NCBI GenBank assembly: GCA_021790335.1
Contig: JAJYEE010000005.1
Location: forward strand, 29,414 to 93,413
Length of the DNA: 64,000 bases
Source: Pseudomonadota bacterium
GTDB lineage: Bacteria > Pseudomonadota > Gammaproteobacteria > Acidiferrobacterales > UBA6901
Direction of reading: 5' to 3'
In this document: positions 1 to 11,159 of the stretch, piece by piece
How the letters are laid out: each line of letters begins with the position of its first letter
How positions within the stretch are numbered: position 1 is the first letter of the stretch
Notes under the pieces: generated by a model
Database searches by the model: none
Seen by the model: only the letters and a program-made list of their open reading frames with translations
What the model was told of the DNA's origin: nothing
Program-made: the position numbers and the translations under genes

Positions 1-108
1 ATCGCGGAGCACTGCGCGAAGCCGAATCGCGCTCCCGCATTCATCCCGGGACCGGCAGGTGGTGATCTGCCTTACCGTCTTCCCGGGTATTTCGTTACAC
101 TTGTCCGG

Positions 109-1125
109 ATGGCACTCCTCAAGGCAAAAAAAAAGCGCAAATCGAAATCCGCCCGAGGCGCCAGCGCCCGTACCGGATTGGCACCCCGCAAGATCACGCG
201 CGGTCTGGTGGCTGCGGAAATTGCGCTGGGGCTGGAGGCTCCCGATCTTCTCCCCCTGGTGGAGCAGGTGCGCTTGGCCGGCGGTGCCGCCATTGGCGGT
301 TATCGCGAACCGCTTTCTGGCCGGCCGCTGCTGCTGGCGGCATTGCCGCTTTCGGCAGTGCAGCCAACGCCATTCCAGAGAGACCTGTCTCCAACGCATA
401 CCAAGCGTCTCGCACGGAGGATCGAGGAGGCCGGTGCGTTTCTGGATCCGCTCATCGTCGTGCGCGGCCAGGACGGAAAGTTGTGGACCCCCAATGGCCG
501 GCATCGGCTGGCGGCCGCCAAGGTGCTGGGGCTGCGCCAGATCACGGCCTTAGTCTCTCCGGATGAAGATCTGGCATTCCGTATTTTGGCCCTGAATACG
601 GAAAAGTCGCACAATCTCAAGGACCGCAGCCTTGAAGTGATCCGTATGGCACGAAACCTCGCAGGTCGCAGACCGGCAGCCAGGGAATCGGAGTTCGCCG
701 CCGAGTTTGAATCCCCAGAATTGCTGACTCTGGGGCTTGTATACGAGAAGAACAGCCGGTTTGCGGGAGGCGCCTACGGTCCGTTCCTGCGGAAGGTTGA
801 GCGCTTCAGCGAGAGTCGCCTTTCTGCCAGCATCCGGAAACGCGAAGGGTTTGCGGCGCGAATCGAGGCAATCGATGCCGATGTCCGGCGGATCATCGCC
901 GGTCTTCAGGCCCGAGGGTTCAATTCGCCCTATCTTCGCAACTACGTCGTGGCACGCATCAATCCGCTGCGCTTCCATCAGGTAAAAAAAGGCAGTGCCG
1001 GGCCACCCATGCCGATGGCCGCAGCGCTTACGCGCATGGCTGCGGCCGCCCGGAAATTCGATCTTGGGTCGGTCAGACCCGGAGATCTCGCGCTGGTGGC
1101 CGCGACAGCGGGAACTGAGGCCTAG
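109..1125 (+). CDS. ParB/Srx N-terminal domain protein (no parA partner within the window)
   Basis: QPTPFQR...FLDPLIVVR...WTPNGRHRLAA matches the ParB/sulfiredoxin GxxR box; basic N-terminal tail. Confidence 0.75.
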   Translation: MALLKAKKKRKSKSARGASARTGLAPRKITRGLVAAEIALGLEAPDLLPLVEQVRLAGGAAIGGYREPLSGRPLLLAALPLSAVQPTPFQRDLSPTHTKRLARRIEEAGAFLDPLIVVRGQDGKLWTPNGRHRLAAAKVLGLRQITALVSPDEDLAFRILALNTEKSHNLKDRSLEVIRMARNLAGRRPAARESEFAAEFESPELLTLGLVYEKNSRFAGGAYGPFLRKVERFSESRLSASIRKREGFAARIEAIDADVRRIIAGLQARGFNSPYLRNYVVARINPLRFHQVKKGSAGPPMPMAAALTRMAAAARKFDLGSVRPGDLALVAATAGTEA

Positions 1126-1258
1126 CGCCCTCCAGGGACGGTGTTTCGACTCTGGGTATCGCGCCATGGTCGATACGGCCTGTAGACCGGGCCAGGACTT
1201 CTCCGCCATTCTGGTAAACTGTAGCGATATGTTCTGCAACCAGCGGTGAGGAGTTTCG

Positions 1259-1570
1259 ATGAACGATTCCGAAACGGACCCGGATACTGCATTCAACGAC
1301 GTATTCCACAAGGCGGTAGAGCTGGGAAACCGCCAGGCCAACAGCGACGAGGAAGCCGACCTCTGGGACATCGCCGACGGTCTGCTGGCGGGCGCCGTAC
1401 AATACTGGCTGTATTCGCGCCAGCCCTGCGGAGATCCGCGCTGCGAAGACTGCGCCTCTATCGGCACGGCCGACATGCGTCTGGCGGAACTGCAGCGGCT
1501 GATCAGGCAGTTCGCCGAAGAAAGCGAATACTATCATTCGCCATCCGACACCAACGCCGGGCGCGCATAG
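1259..1570 (+). CDS. hypothetical acidic protein with CxxxxCxxC motif
   Basis: SD GAGGAG just upstream; natural-looking composition; QPCGDPRCEDC. Confidence 0.75.
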   Translation: MNDSETDPDTAFNDVFHKAVELGNRQANSDEEADLWDIADGLLAGAVQYWLYSRQPCGDPRCEDCASIGTADMRLAELQRLIRQFAEESEYYHSPSDTNAGRA

Positions 1571-1822
1571 ACCCGCCTGTGCACCGCCGAGTGCGGTCAT
1601 GTGGAGCAGGAGCTTGCCCCCCGGGAATCTCCCTTGTCGCATTCCGTCCCGATGGGCGGATGCGCGTATTGCGCAGATCGCCCCGGGGTGGCGCGCAGAA
1701 TGCGACGGCGCCGCTGGTTCAGTTGTGCTCGAGAAGAACAGGCCGGGTTGCCCGCACGCAAGGAGCCACAATGCTTGCGCACGTGCAGCGAACATTCGAA
1801 TCCGGTTCCGGAACGCCGCCGG

Positions 1823-2215
1823 TCATATTGACCGGTCGGGCAGTACAATGCGGTAGGTGTTCCATGGTGGGCCGGCTGCTGCAATTATCTTCGCCAGCGC
1901 GTGCGCGTCGAACGAACCGTATGCCTGTGACTCATCCCAGAGCGTCAGAGTCCGAATGGCGGAATCGAGTCGATAGCGTCCGCCGCCCATCACCCGCAGT
2001 TCCGGATAGTCGACCTGAAGTTCCTTCGATGTAAGCCAGCGGTGGGGGATTTTCTGGTCTACCAGGAAATGCGCCAGAATCTGATTGTGATAGCGATGCA
2101 ATTCGCTCGAAGCGAACAGCAGATATTCCTTTCCGTGAACAGCGACTTCCAGGAACTTCCCCTCGCTCAGAGCCGGTACCGGCCTGCCTGGAGGATGGTA
2201 GACCCGGATTATCAC
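1823..2215 (-). CDS. hypothetical protein resembling the Janus/Ocnus (PHPT1 phosphohistidine phosphatase) family
   Basis: GKFLEV...YHNQIL...MGGGRY...SQAYG motif order; GTG start at 2215 preferred (ORF open to 2266); follows pirin on the same strand. Confidence 0.55.
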   Translation of the reverse strand: MIIRVYHPPGRPVPALSEGKFLEVAVHGKEYLLFASSELHRYHNQILAHFLVDQKIPHRWLTSKELQVDYPELRVMGGGRYRLDSAIRTLTLWDESQAYGSFDAHALAKIIAAAGPPWNTYRIVLPDRSI

Positions 2216-2275
2216 GCAGGATGCAGCCGAGGCCCGAATGGCCCCGCATGCCGGTCGTTGCAGCAAGCTCGGGCG

Positions 2276-3133
2276 TCAGGCGGTGCCGACGCGGGCCGCC
2301 GCTCGGACAAGGCGGTCGTTGCGATAGTCATCGATGGCTTCACGAATCTCCTTTTCCGTGCTCATGACGAAGGGTCCGTACTGGACGACCGGCTCGTTCA
2401 GCGGATGTCCGGCAACCAGGATCAGGCGTGCGCCCCGCTCGCCGGCGGTGAGCGCTACCTGGTCTCCGGCGCCAAGCACCACCAGATTGTGTGTGGCGAC
2501 CCTTCGCTCGCCGATCCGGATTTCCCCTTCGAACAGGTAGAGAAACGCGCTCAGCGCGCCGTGAAGCGCATGACTGAACTCGGCATTCGGCGCGAGCGCG
2601 ACATCGAGATACAGAACCTGGGTAAGCGGGTCATCGACCGGACCGCGTTGCGAAGCATATTCGCCGCTAATGACCTTGACGTGCACGCCGCCTGCATCGA
2701 CTTCAGGGATGCGTGCGGCCGGAAACTCCTGGTATCCCGGCTGGCTCATTTTTTCGGCCGCCGGAAGATTGATCCAAAGCTGAAAGCCGCGCATAAGACC
2801 GTTGGTCTGTTGCGGCATTTCCGAATGGATGACGCCGCTGGCCGCTTTCATCCACTGGATTCCGCCGGCGCGCAGATCCCCGCGGTTACCCATGCTGTCC
2901 TGGTGCAGCATGTGCCCATCCAGCATGTAAGTCAGCGTGATGAAGCCGCGGTGGGGGTGGTCGGGAAATCCGGCAATATAGTCATCCGGGTTTTCGCTGG
3001 CGAAATGGTCGAGCATCAGAAAAGGATCCAGGTGGCGCAGCCCCGGAGTTCCAAGCGTTCTGTGTACGACGACACCGGCCCCTTCCGAAACGGCCAGCGC
3101 CTGGATAACCTGTTCGATCTTGCGTAGGGTCAC
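2276..3133 (-). CDS. pirin family protein
   Basis: DPFLMLDHF, GFPDHPHRGF, WMKAASGVIHSEMP, FQLWINLP, EPVVQYGPFVM. Confidence 0.95.
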   Translation of the reverse strand: MTLRKIEQVIQALAVSEGAGVVVHRTLGTPGLRHLDPFLMLDHFASENPDDYIAGFPDHPHRGFITLTYMLDGHMLHQDSMGNRGDLRAGGIQWMKAASGVIHSEMPQQTNGLMRGFQLWINLPAAEKMSQPGYQEFPAARIPEVDAGGVHVKVISGEYASQRGPVDDPLTQVLYLDVALAPNAEFSHALHGALSAFLYLFEGEIRIGERRVATHNLVVLGAGDQVALTAGERGARLILVAGHPLNEPVVQYGPFVMSTEKEIREAIDDYRNDRLVRAAARVGTA

Positions 3134-3353
3134 TGGACTGGTCCTCCCGGTGGCGGTATTGCGGAGAGCAGGACGCGGGGCATGCCCCGGATTTTCGTCT
3201 GCGGCAGACGGATTCTGCGCCTGTATAAATCGATGCTCAAGTCGGGACAGCGGGGCCTTTGCTCAAGCCGGGCGATTGACCACAAAAAGCAAGAGGACAA
3301 GCGTCGCGCAAAGGATGCCCCCGCCAGCCGCCTGCGGGCCGATTCCGAAAACG

Positions 3354-6300
3354 TCAGCCTTCGCGCATCCGGCGACGGGCCGAAGCGCTGCGTCTGTGCA
3401 GAAATCCGGCAAGCGCCCGGGCGGTGTGGGAATGGTGCTTGTGTGCGATGACATCGGGCGCGCCCTGGGCGACGATGCGCCCGCCGCTGTCGCCGCCTTC
3501 CGGACCGAGGTCTATGATCCAGTCCGCTTCCGCGATTATGTCGAGATTATGTTCGATCACCACGACGGTGTTTCCGGATGCAACCAGCCGGTGGAGCACG
3601 TGTATGAGCTTGTCCACGTCCGCCATGTGCAGACCGACGGTGGGCTCGTCAAGGATGTACAGGGTGTGCCGGGCGGTGGTCGCCGGGGCGGACCTGGACC
3701 GCAGGCGTGCGGTGGGGCTGTTTTTGGCCAGCTCGGTCACCAGCTTGATGCGTTGCGCTTCCCCGCCGGAGAGGGTCGGACTGGGCTGGCCGAGAGTCAG
3801 ATATCCGAGACCCACGTCCTGCAGCAGGCGCAATGCCCGGTGGATGCGCTCTTGGGCGGCGAAGAACTCCGTCGCCTCGTCTATGCTCATTGCGAGCACC
3901 TCGGCGATATTTTTGTCCTTGAAACGCACCATCAGCGTTTCGGTACCGAAGCGAGCGCCCGCGCAGGCTTCGCACGCCACCGTCACGTCCGGAAGGAAAC
4001 TCATCTCTATTTTCTTGACGCCCTGGCCTTCGCACGTCTCGCAGCGGCCGCCCGGGGTGTTGAAGGAGAATCGTGCCGGCGAGTATCCGCGCAGGCGCGA
4101 CTCGACTGTTGCCGAAAACAGCCGGCGGATCTGGTCCCAGAATCCGACGTAGGTGGCCGGACAGGAACGCGGTGTCTTTCCGATCGGCGTCTGGTCGACT
4201 TCCAGCACGCGGCCGATTGAATCCATGCCTCGAATCGCGCGGCAGCCGCGCAGCGGAGGCATGCGGCCGCTGCGCGCCTGCAGGACGTGACGCAGGTTCT
4301 CGTACAGGATCTGCCGTACCAAAGTGCTCTTGCCGCTGCCGCTGATTCCGGTGACGCATACCAGCCGTCCCAGCGGGATGCGTGCATTGAGGTTTTTCAG
4401 GTTGTTCAGTCGGGCTTTCTCGATCTCGATGCTGGCTGTGACCGTTTTTCCGGAAAAGTGCACCGGCCGGTATTGAAAAAGCGGATGGCTCATCGGATTC
4501 GCCAGGCAGCGTCCGGTGATCGACTCCGGGTTCGCCAGCAAAACGTCGAGGGTTCCTTGGGCAACCACGCGTCCACCGTTGATGCCGGCGCCGGGGCCGA
4601 GGTCGATCACGTGCTGAGCCTTGCGGATGGTCTCCTCGTCGTGTTCGACGACAAGCAGGGTGTTACCGTTGCGCCGTAGTGCCTGTAGCGCCCCGAGAAG
4701 CATTCGATTGTCATGCGGGTGCAGTCCGATCGTCGGTTCGTCGAGGATGTAGCATACACCCCGCAGGTTGGAGCCCAGCTGTGCCGCAAGCCGGATGCGT
4801 TGTGCCTCGCCGCCGGACAGAGTCGGCGCGGCCCGGTCGAGCGTGAGATAGCCCAGTCCGACGCGTGTCAGGAAGCCGAGTCGCGCTCCCAGTTCCGCGA
4901 GGATATCGCGGGCAATCGCCGCGGCCCGACCGGTCAGACGGATGCGGCCGAACAGCCGGGCCGCGGCGATTGCTGGCATGGTGGAGAACTCGGCAATGGA
5001 CCGGTTCTGAAAGCGTACGGCGAGTGCCACGGGGTTCAGGCGCTGGCCGTCGCAGTCGGGACAGGTGCGCTCCTCGCCTTCCCACCATTCGTTCCACCAG
5101 ATTTCCTCGCCTGACTGGCCTGCATCGAAACCGGAAAGCAGTACTCCGGTGCCGTAACAGCGGTTGCACCACCCGTGCTTCGAGTTGTACGAAAACAGCC
5201 GCGGATCGAGCGCATCGAACCCACGTCCGCACACGCTGCAGGCACGATTCGTCGAAAACAGGACCGGCGCGTCCGGAAGGCGCTTTTTCCGCGATGGCTC
5301 GGGAAGCAGCTGCAGATTTCCCTTGCCCAGCGCGAGTGCGTGTTCCAGCGCTGTGCGCAGCCGCTCTTCGCCGTCCGGACTAATCTCCATCTCATCGACG
5401 GGCAATTCGATATCATGCTCGCGGAAGCGGTCCAGGCGCGGCCAGTCGGCCGTGCCGACATAGGTGCCGTCGACGCGTAGCCGTGTGTGACCCTTTCCGT
5501 AGGCCCACTGCGCGAGATCCGTGTAGTAGCCCTTGCGTGCCGTCACCAGCGGGGCCAGTAAAGTGACCCGTTGACCGCGGTAATCGCGAAGTATGCGCCC
5601 CAGTATCGATTCTGCGGTTTGCGATTCGATCGGAACACGGCAGTCCGGGCAGTGCTGGATCCCCAGCTTGACGAAGAGCAGCCGCAGGAAATGATGGATC
5701 TCGGTGAGCGTACCCACAGTGCTCTTGCGCCCGCCGCGGCTGGTGCGCTGCTCGATGGCCACTGTAGGCGGTATGCCGCGGATCGCATCGACGTCCGGAC
5801 GGGCAGCCGGTTGCACGAACTGGCGTGCATAGGCATTGAGCGATTCGAGATAGCGGCGCTGTCCTTCGGCGAAAAGAATGTCAAAGGCCACGGTACTCTT
5901 TCCAGATCCGGAGATGCCGGTGATCACCGTGAAACAGTCGCGTGGTATGGCGAGATCGATTCCTTTCAGGTTGTGTTCGCGCGCATTCCAGATGCGGATG
6001 GCGCTGTCCGTCCCCGCCGGCCTTGGCGCCGCGACGGGCGCGTCATTCCCGAGGTAGCGGTCCGGCAGCCGCGTGGTACCGGTATGCCCCGGGGCCGGCA
6101 TGTGCTCCCGAAGCGCCTTGCCGGTATGGCTGGTGGGATGCCGGGATACCTGTTCGGCAGTGCCGGCGCAAATGACCGTGCCACCGCCCTCGCCACCCTC
6201 TGGGCCGAGATCGATGATCCAGTCCGCGGAGCGGATGACGTCCAGATTATGCTCGATCACAACCACGGAGTGGCCTTCCTCTAGGAGCCGGCGGAATGCG

Positions 6301-9017
6301 CGCAGCAGTGTGGCGATGTCATCGAAGTGCAGCCCGGTCGTGGGCTCGTCGAAAAGGAACAGGATGGACCGGTCAAGGTCGCGCCGCCGGCGCGCCTCGG
6401 CCAGATGGCCGGCGAGCTTGAGGCGCTGTGCTTCACCGCCGGAAAGCGTCGGAACCGGCTGTCCGAGCTTCAGATAGGATAGCCCGACGGCTGCCAGCGG
6501 CTCGAGCACGCGCTGCAGCTCCGCATGCCCCGAAAAAAAACCGATGGCTTCCGACGCGGTCATGTCCAGGACATCGGCAATCGACATGGCAGTCGCCGCC
6601 GGGCGTGATCGGTGCGGTCGGCCTTTCCGGTTTCGGGTGGCAGGCACCTTCGAAGATGCCTGCGCAAACAGCTTCACCTCCAGAACTTCATTTCGGTAGC
6701 GCCGGCCGTCGCAGTCCGGACAGCGAATGTAGACATCGCTTAGAAACTGCATCTCCACGTGTTCGAAGCCGGAGCCCTGGCAGGTAGGGCAGCGGCCGGT
6801 TCCGGCGTTGAAGCTGAACGTGCCGGCGGTATAAGCGCGCTGCTTCGCGAGCGGCTGCCCGGCGAACAGCCTGCGTATCGGATCGAGAGCGCCGACGTAA
6901 GTTGCCGGATTGGAGCGCGAGGTCCTTCCGATCGGAGACTGGTCTACCAGCACGACGTCGCGCAGCTGCTCATGTCCGCGCAGTTCACGGTGGTGCCCGG
7001 CGGCACCCGCCGCATGACCCTTGAGCTTGCGCAGTGCGTTGAAGCAGACGTCTACCATCAGCGTCGATTTGCCGGAACCTGACACGCCGGTGATGCAGAC
7101 CAGGCGGTTCAGCGGTATCCGCACGTCGATGTTCCTGAGGTTGTTTTCGGTCGCGCCGAGTATCTCGATCGCCGCATCCTGATCCGGGTTTCGGGTTGGC
7201 CCGGTTTCTTCCGCGGCAACGGATTTCTCGCCGCGCAGGTAGCGTGCGGTAAGGGAGCGGCGCGACCGCAGCAGCGCTGCGGGTGTTCCAAAAAAGACCA
7301 CCCGGCCCCCGTGTTCGCCCGGACCCGGCCCGAGGTCGAGGATGCGATCGGCTCCGAGCATGACCTGCGGATCATGTTCGACCACGAGCAGTGAATTTCC
7401 CGCGTCGCGCAGTCGATGGAGTACCTTCATCAGGCGCTGGACATCGCGCGCGTGCAAGCCGATGGACGGTTCGTCCAGAACGAATAGTGCATTAACCAGG
7501 GAGGTGCCCAGTGCCGTGGTCAGATTTATGCGCTGCACCTCCCCTCCCGACAGCGTGCGCGACTGCCGGTCCAGCGTCAGGTATCCGAGACCCACCTCCA
7601 CGAGGTAAGCGAGGCGCGTTCGCACCTCGCCCAGCAGCAGCTCCGTCGCCTCGTCCAGGGGCGCGCCGAGGCGCAGCTGCGCAAAGAACTCCCGGCAGCG
7701 GCCAAGCGGAAGAAGCGTGATGTCGCGAAGCGTCAGTCCCGGCAGCGGCACGGCGCTGCCGTGGCCGCCCGGAGCAAGGATGCCTGAGCGTGCACGGGCG
7801 GCGTCGGCGTCCGTACCGAGACGCCAGAGCAGGGCCTCGGGCTTCAGCCGTGCTCCGCCACAATCCGGACAGACCGTGTATGCGCGATACTTCGACAGAA
7901 GCACGCGGATGTGCATGCGGTAACTCTTGGTTTCCAGCCACTCGAAAAATCGTCTTACCCCGTACCACTTCGCCTCCTCCCAGGCGCCTTCTCCCTCCAG
8001 CACCCATTGCCGCTGAGCCGCAGACAGATGACTCCACGGGACATCGGTGGGGATCTTGCGCTTGCGTGCAAAGCGCAGAAGGTCGGATTGGCACTCGCGG
8101 TAGCTTTCGGTCTGCCACGGCCTTACCGCGCCTGCGGCCAGCGTCCTGGATTCGTCGGGAACGACGAGGTTGTAGTCGATCCCTATGATACGGCCGAACC
8201 CCCGGCAGGTCGGACAGGCGCCGATCGGAGAGTTGAACGAAAACAGGTTCGGAACCGGATCGTGGTATTCAATGTCGCAGTCCGCGCAATGCAGTCCGGA
8301 AGAGAAACGCCATGGATCGTTCTCCTCGCCCTGCAGTCCCAGAGGATAAACCGAGACGCGGCCGCGGCCGGCCTTGAGCGCCGCTTCAAGATCCTCTGCG
8401 AGCCGCGCGCGGTTTTCCGGCGCGATCAGGATGCGGTCCTGGATGACTTCTAGAATGTCGGGCGCGCGGTGCCGTACGCGCGTGTAGCCCTGGGCTGCGA
8501 GCAGACCGGCAACCTCGGTTTCGCTGAAGTTCTCCGGTATCTTGACGGAAAAGGCGATCAGTACCTGTTGCGACGGACCGCCGGCACGCTCCCGAAGGCG
8601 GGCGTAAATGCTGTCCGGGGTGTCGCGCATTACCGGGCGACCGCATTTGCGGCAATGGAGGCGGGCGGCCCGGGCAAACAGGAGCTTGAGGTGGTCGTTC
8701 AACTCCGTCATGGTTCCGACCGTAGACCGTGATGTGCGGACCGGATTGATCTGGTCGATGGCGATGGCCGGAGGGATGCCGTCTATGGCATCCACCTGAG
8801 GCCTGTCCATGCGGTCCAGGAACTGGCGGGCATAGGGCGAAAATGTCTCGACATAGCGCCGCTGGCCTTCGGCAAAGATCGTATCGAAGGCCAGTGACGA
8901 CTTTCCGCAGCCACTCACACCCGTGACGACGACCAATTCGTTGAGGGGAAGCCTCAGGTTGAGGTTCTTGAGATTGTTCTGGCGCGCGCCTCTGATGCGA
9001 ATCCAGTCGGAGCCCAT
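3354..9017 (-). CDS. uvrA: excinuclease ABC subunit A, double-length (tandem) UvrA, ~1887 aa
   Basis: Four Walker A motifs ([24 protein letters not shown] x2), four LSGGE signatures, multiple CxxC zinc modules; start taken at [17 protein letters not shown]. Confidence 0.92.
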   Translation of the reverse strand: MGSDWIRIRGARQNNLKNLNLRLPLNELVVVTGVSGCGKSSLAFDTIFAEGQRRYVETFSPYARQFLDRMDRPQVDAIDGIPPAIAIDQINPVRTSRSTVGTMTELNDHLKLLFARAARLHCRKCGRPVMRDTPDSIYARLRERAGGPSQQVLIAFSVKIPENFSETEVAGLLAAQGYTRVRHRAPDILEVIQDRILIAPENRARLAEDLEAALKAGRGRVSVYPLGLQGEENDPWRFSSGLHCADCDIEYHDPVPNLFSFNSPIGACPTCRGFGRIIGIDYNLVVPDESRTLAAGAVRPWQTESYRECQSDLLRFARKRKIPTDVPWSHLSAAQRQWVLEGEGAWEEAKWYGVRRFFEWLETKSYRMHIRVLLSKYRAYTVCPDCGGARLKPEALLWRLGTDADAARARSGILAPGGHGSAVPLPGLTLRDITLLPLGRCREFFAQLRLGAPLDEATELLLGEVRTRLAYLVEVGLGYLTLDRQSRTLSGGEVQRINLTTALGTSLVNALFVLDEPSIGLHARDVQRLMKVLHRLRDAGNSLLVVEHDPQVMLGADRILDLGPGPGEHGGRVVFFGTPAALLRSRRSLTARYLRGEKSVAAEETGPTRNPDQDAAIEILGATENNLRNIDVRIPLNRLVCITGVSGSGKSTLMVDVCFNALRKLKGHAAGAAGHHRELRGHEQLRDVVLVDQSPIGRTSRSNPATYVGALDPIRRLFAGQPLAKQRAYTAGTFSFNAGTGRCPTCQGSGFEHVEMQFLSDVYIRCPDCDGRRYRNEVLEVKLFAQASSKVPATRNRKGRPHRSRPAATAMSIADVLDMTASEAIGFFSGHAELQRVLEPLAAVGLSYLKLGQPVPTLSGGEAQRLKLAGHLAEARRRRDLDRSILFLFDEPTTGLHFDDIATLLRAFRRLLEEGHSVVVIEHNLDVIRSADWIIDLGPEGGEGGGTVICAGTAEQVSRHPTSHTGKALREHMPAPGHTGTTRLPDRYLGNDAPVAAPRPAGTDSAIRIWNAREHNLKGIDLAIPRDCFTVITGISGSGKSTVAFDILFAEGQRRYLESLNAYARQFVQPAARPDVDAIRGIPPTVAIEQRTSRGGRKSTVGTLTEIHHFLRLLFVKLGIQHCPDCRVPIESQTAESILGRILRDYRGQRVTLLAPLVTARKGYYTDLAQWAYGKGHTRLRVDGTYVGTADWPRLDRFREHDIELPVDEMEISPDGEERLRTALEHALALGKGNLQLLPEPSRKKRLPDAPVLFSTNRACSVCGRGFDALDPRLFSYNSKHGWCNRCYGTGVLLSGFDAGQSGEEIWWNEWWEGEERTCPDCDGQRLNPVALAVRFQNRSIAEFSTMPAIAAARLFGRIRLTGRAAAIARDILAELGARLGFLTRVGLGYLTLDRAAPTLSGGEAQRIRLAAQLGSNLRGVCYILDEPTIGLHPHDNRMLLGALQALRRNGNTLLVVEHDEETIRKAQHVIDLGPGAGINGGRVVAQGTLDVLLANPESITGRCLANPMSHPLFQYRPVHFSGKTVTASIEIEKARLNNLKNLNARIPLGRLVCVTGISGSGKSTLVRQILYENLRHVLQARSGRMPPLRGCRAIRGMDSIGRVLEVDQTPIGKTPRSCPATYVGFWDQIRRLFSATVESRLRGYSPARFSFNTPGGRCETCEGQGVKKIEMSFLPDVTVACEACAGARFGTETLMVRFKDKNIAEVLAMSIDEATEFFAAQERIHRALRLLQDVGLGYLTLGQPSPTLSGGEAQRIKLVTELAKNSPTARLRSRSAPATTARHTLYILDEPTVGLHMADVDKLIHVLHRLVASGNTVVVIEHNLDIIAEADWIIDLGPEGGDSGGRIVAQGAPDVIAHKHHSHTARALAGFLHRRSASARRRMREG

Positions 9018-9250
9018 TTGCATACCTGCCTGCGTGACCGCGAGCGCACGGTCCCGTGGATGCCGTCGGTCGCGATGGAGGGGCGTTATGTTAGGGGCGG
9101 GTGGCGCACAGGTAAAGCGTCGCCCTCGCTTGTCAGTACCGCGCGAATGGAGGCACAATGATTGCGCTGGCCTCGGCTGCCCGCCTTCACCGGTACTTGT
9201 CCCATGCAACCGGAGCGGCTCTCGCCGAGGCAAGGATCCAGGAGGAGCAG

Positions 9251-9958
9251 ATGGCTTGCTTTACCAGAACGATCACAGCAGGCGGTGCCGGCATGGCGGT
9301 GTACGAGGCGCTTCCTGACGGTGCGCAACGTTGTCCTGCGATTGTCGTAATCCAGCATGCGCCCGGTGTTGACAGGTTTCTTCATCGCATGGCCGATCGC
9401 CTTGCCGAGGCCGGCTACGCCGCGGTCGCACCCGATCTCTACCATCGCCTCGATCCGACGCGTGAGGCAATGGAACGCTTCCGGCTGCTGAAAGACCGCG
9501 AAGTGGAAGAGGATGTCAACGCAGTCGTGGACTACCTGCATCGTCATCCCCGCGTCGATAACGCGCGTCTTGGCATAACGGGTTTCTGCATGGGGGGCCG
9601 CGTGACCTACCTGATGGCGGCGGCTAATCCGCACTTCAAGGCGGCCGTGGCCTACTATGGGGGAAACATCATGGTTCCATGGGGGGACGACGTCGTCGCG
9701 CCGTTTGCGCGCAGCGCGGAGATCCACTGTCCTCTGATGTTCCACGCCGGCGCCGAGGATACCAATCCGGCGCCACAGGACCTGCAGCAGTTCGATGCCG
9801 AACTGTCCCGCCTCGGCAAGCCTCATGAGTTTTACAGCTATTCCGGCGCCGGGCATGCATTCATGAATTTCACCAATGCCGAGCGGTATCGCGAATCCGC
9901 CGATCAGGCTTCCTGGCCGCGCACGCTGGAGTTCTTTGCGCGTCATCTGCGCCCCTGA
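9251..9958 (+). CDS. dienelactone hydrolase family protein
   Basis: [16 protein letters not shown] nucleophile elbow, YYGG, AGHAF; SD GGAGGAG before ATG 9251. Confidence 0.92.
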   Translation: MACFTRTITAGGAGMAVYEALPDGAQRCPAIVVIQHAPGVDRFLHRMADRLAEAGYAAVAPDLYHRLDPTREAMERFRLLKDREVEEDVNAVVDYLHRHPRVDNARLGITGFCMGGRVTYLMAAANPHFKAAVAYYGGNIMVPWGDDVVAPFARSAEIHCPLMFHAGAEDTNPAPQDLQQFDAELSRLGKPHEFYSYSGAGHAFMNFTNAERYRESADQASWPRTLEFFARHLRP

Positions 9959-10192
9959 CGGCGGCCGCAAAGGCCGGACTGTCGTTATCGGCATCGATGC
10001 GGTCGCGAGGTCCCGGGGTTCGGCGTGCGAGGCGGCACGAGGGCCGGGCCGGTGTATCCGGGGTGGGATGCTTGCCTGTTGAACCGTGGCGGGACAGGAT
10101 GTCACGCAAATCTCGACCGTTTCTCGCGCGGCCGGAGGCGGACATGGACACCCGCGCTGGATGTTTTGTCGCTGAACGAGAGGACTTTGTCT

Positions 10193-10516
10193 ATGGCATA
10201 CAGCTACGAGGAACTCAAAGGGAAGACCGTTGCCGAACTCCGCGAAATCGCGTCCGGTCTCGAACATGAAGCGGTGAAGGGCTACACGCAGCTGAACAAG
10301 GATCACCTCCTTGTCGCGTTGTGCAAGGCGCTCGGTATAGACGCGCACGAGCACCACGAGGTGGTTGGCGTCGACAAGTCCGGCATCAAGACACGCATCC
10401 GGGAGCTCAAGAAAAGGCGCGATGTGGCACTTGCCGCCAAGGACCACGATGAATTGCGCAGCATTCTGCGCCGCATTCACGACCTCAAGCGCGGGATCCG
10501 TCGGGCGATGGTTTAA
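10193..10516 (+). CDS. small protein with Rho-N-like helix-extension-helix and C-terminal coiled coil
   Basis: ELKGKTVAELREIA...YTQLNKDHLL is the Rho_N pattern; SD GAGAGGA. Confidence 0.75.
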   Translation: MAYSYEELKGKTVAELREIASGLEHEAVKGYTQLNKDHLLVALCKALGIDAHEHHEVVGVDKSGIKTRIRELKKRRDVALAAKDHDELRSILRRIHDLKRGIRRAMV

Positions 10517-10666
10517 GGAGTGGTTTCGCCCGATGGGGGCGGGTTGTGCGACCGCATTCCGGGATCGAGTCGAGGCCGCAAAGAGCCATGGTTTAATGCC
10601 GGCACCCTGCCTGCGGTTGCGGTTTCGACCCGACGCAGGCGGTGTCCTGGCTATGAGGAGGAACCC

Positions 10667-11068
10667 ATGCCAGGAGATATCGAGTTTTCAGTCAACCCCG
10701 AGACGGTCTGTTTCCTGATCGACAAGGCACACGAGTTTCACGCCAAGGAGGAAGTCGTCCTGCCGGATACGCCATTCAGTCCGAGCGAAGACTGGGCCCT
10801 GCAGGTGCTCGCTGACCATCAGGACGACTCCGTCTACGCGGAGTTCAAGGCCACGATCAATGATCTTGAACCCGACCAGCAGCAGGCCCTGGTGGCGCTG
10901 ATGTGGGTCGGGCGCGGAGACTTCGACATCGACGAATGGATCCAGGCGCTGGACGCTGCGCGTGCCTCATGGAATGCGCGGACAGCGGACTATCTGATTG
11001 CCACTCCGCTGGTTGCGGATTACCTGGAGGAGGGGTTGTCGCAGCTCGGATATTCCTGCGAGGAGTGA
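10667..11068 (+). CDS. DUF3775 family protein
   Basis: VNPETVCFLIDKA...LVALMWVGRGDF...YLIATPLVADYLEEGL; SD GAGGAGG. Confidence 0.85.
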   Translation: MPGDIEFSVNPETVCFLIDKAHEFHAKEEVVLPDTPFSPSEDWALQVLADHQDDSVYAEFKATINDLEPDQQQALVALMWVGRGDFDIDEWIQALDAARASWNARTADYLIATPLVADYLEEGLSQLGYSCEE

Positions 11069-11159
11069 CGGCTGGATCCCGGGATTCGCGCCATTGCGCC
11101 AGCCGGGGGGGCCATGGTAGGTTTTGCTGCTCGTTGCAACCCGCATGCTCGTGGAAAAT

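Noticed and set aside
9018-9233. N-terminal extensions in the ORF track (uvrA, ppc, DUF3683, dacA, nrtR, hsp20, pepN)
   Set aside because: The extensions are Arg/Pro-rich with no family similarity. Downstream ATGs fit family N-termini and, in several cases, SD sites.
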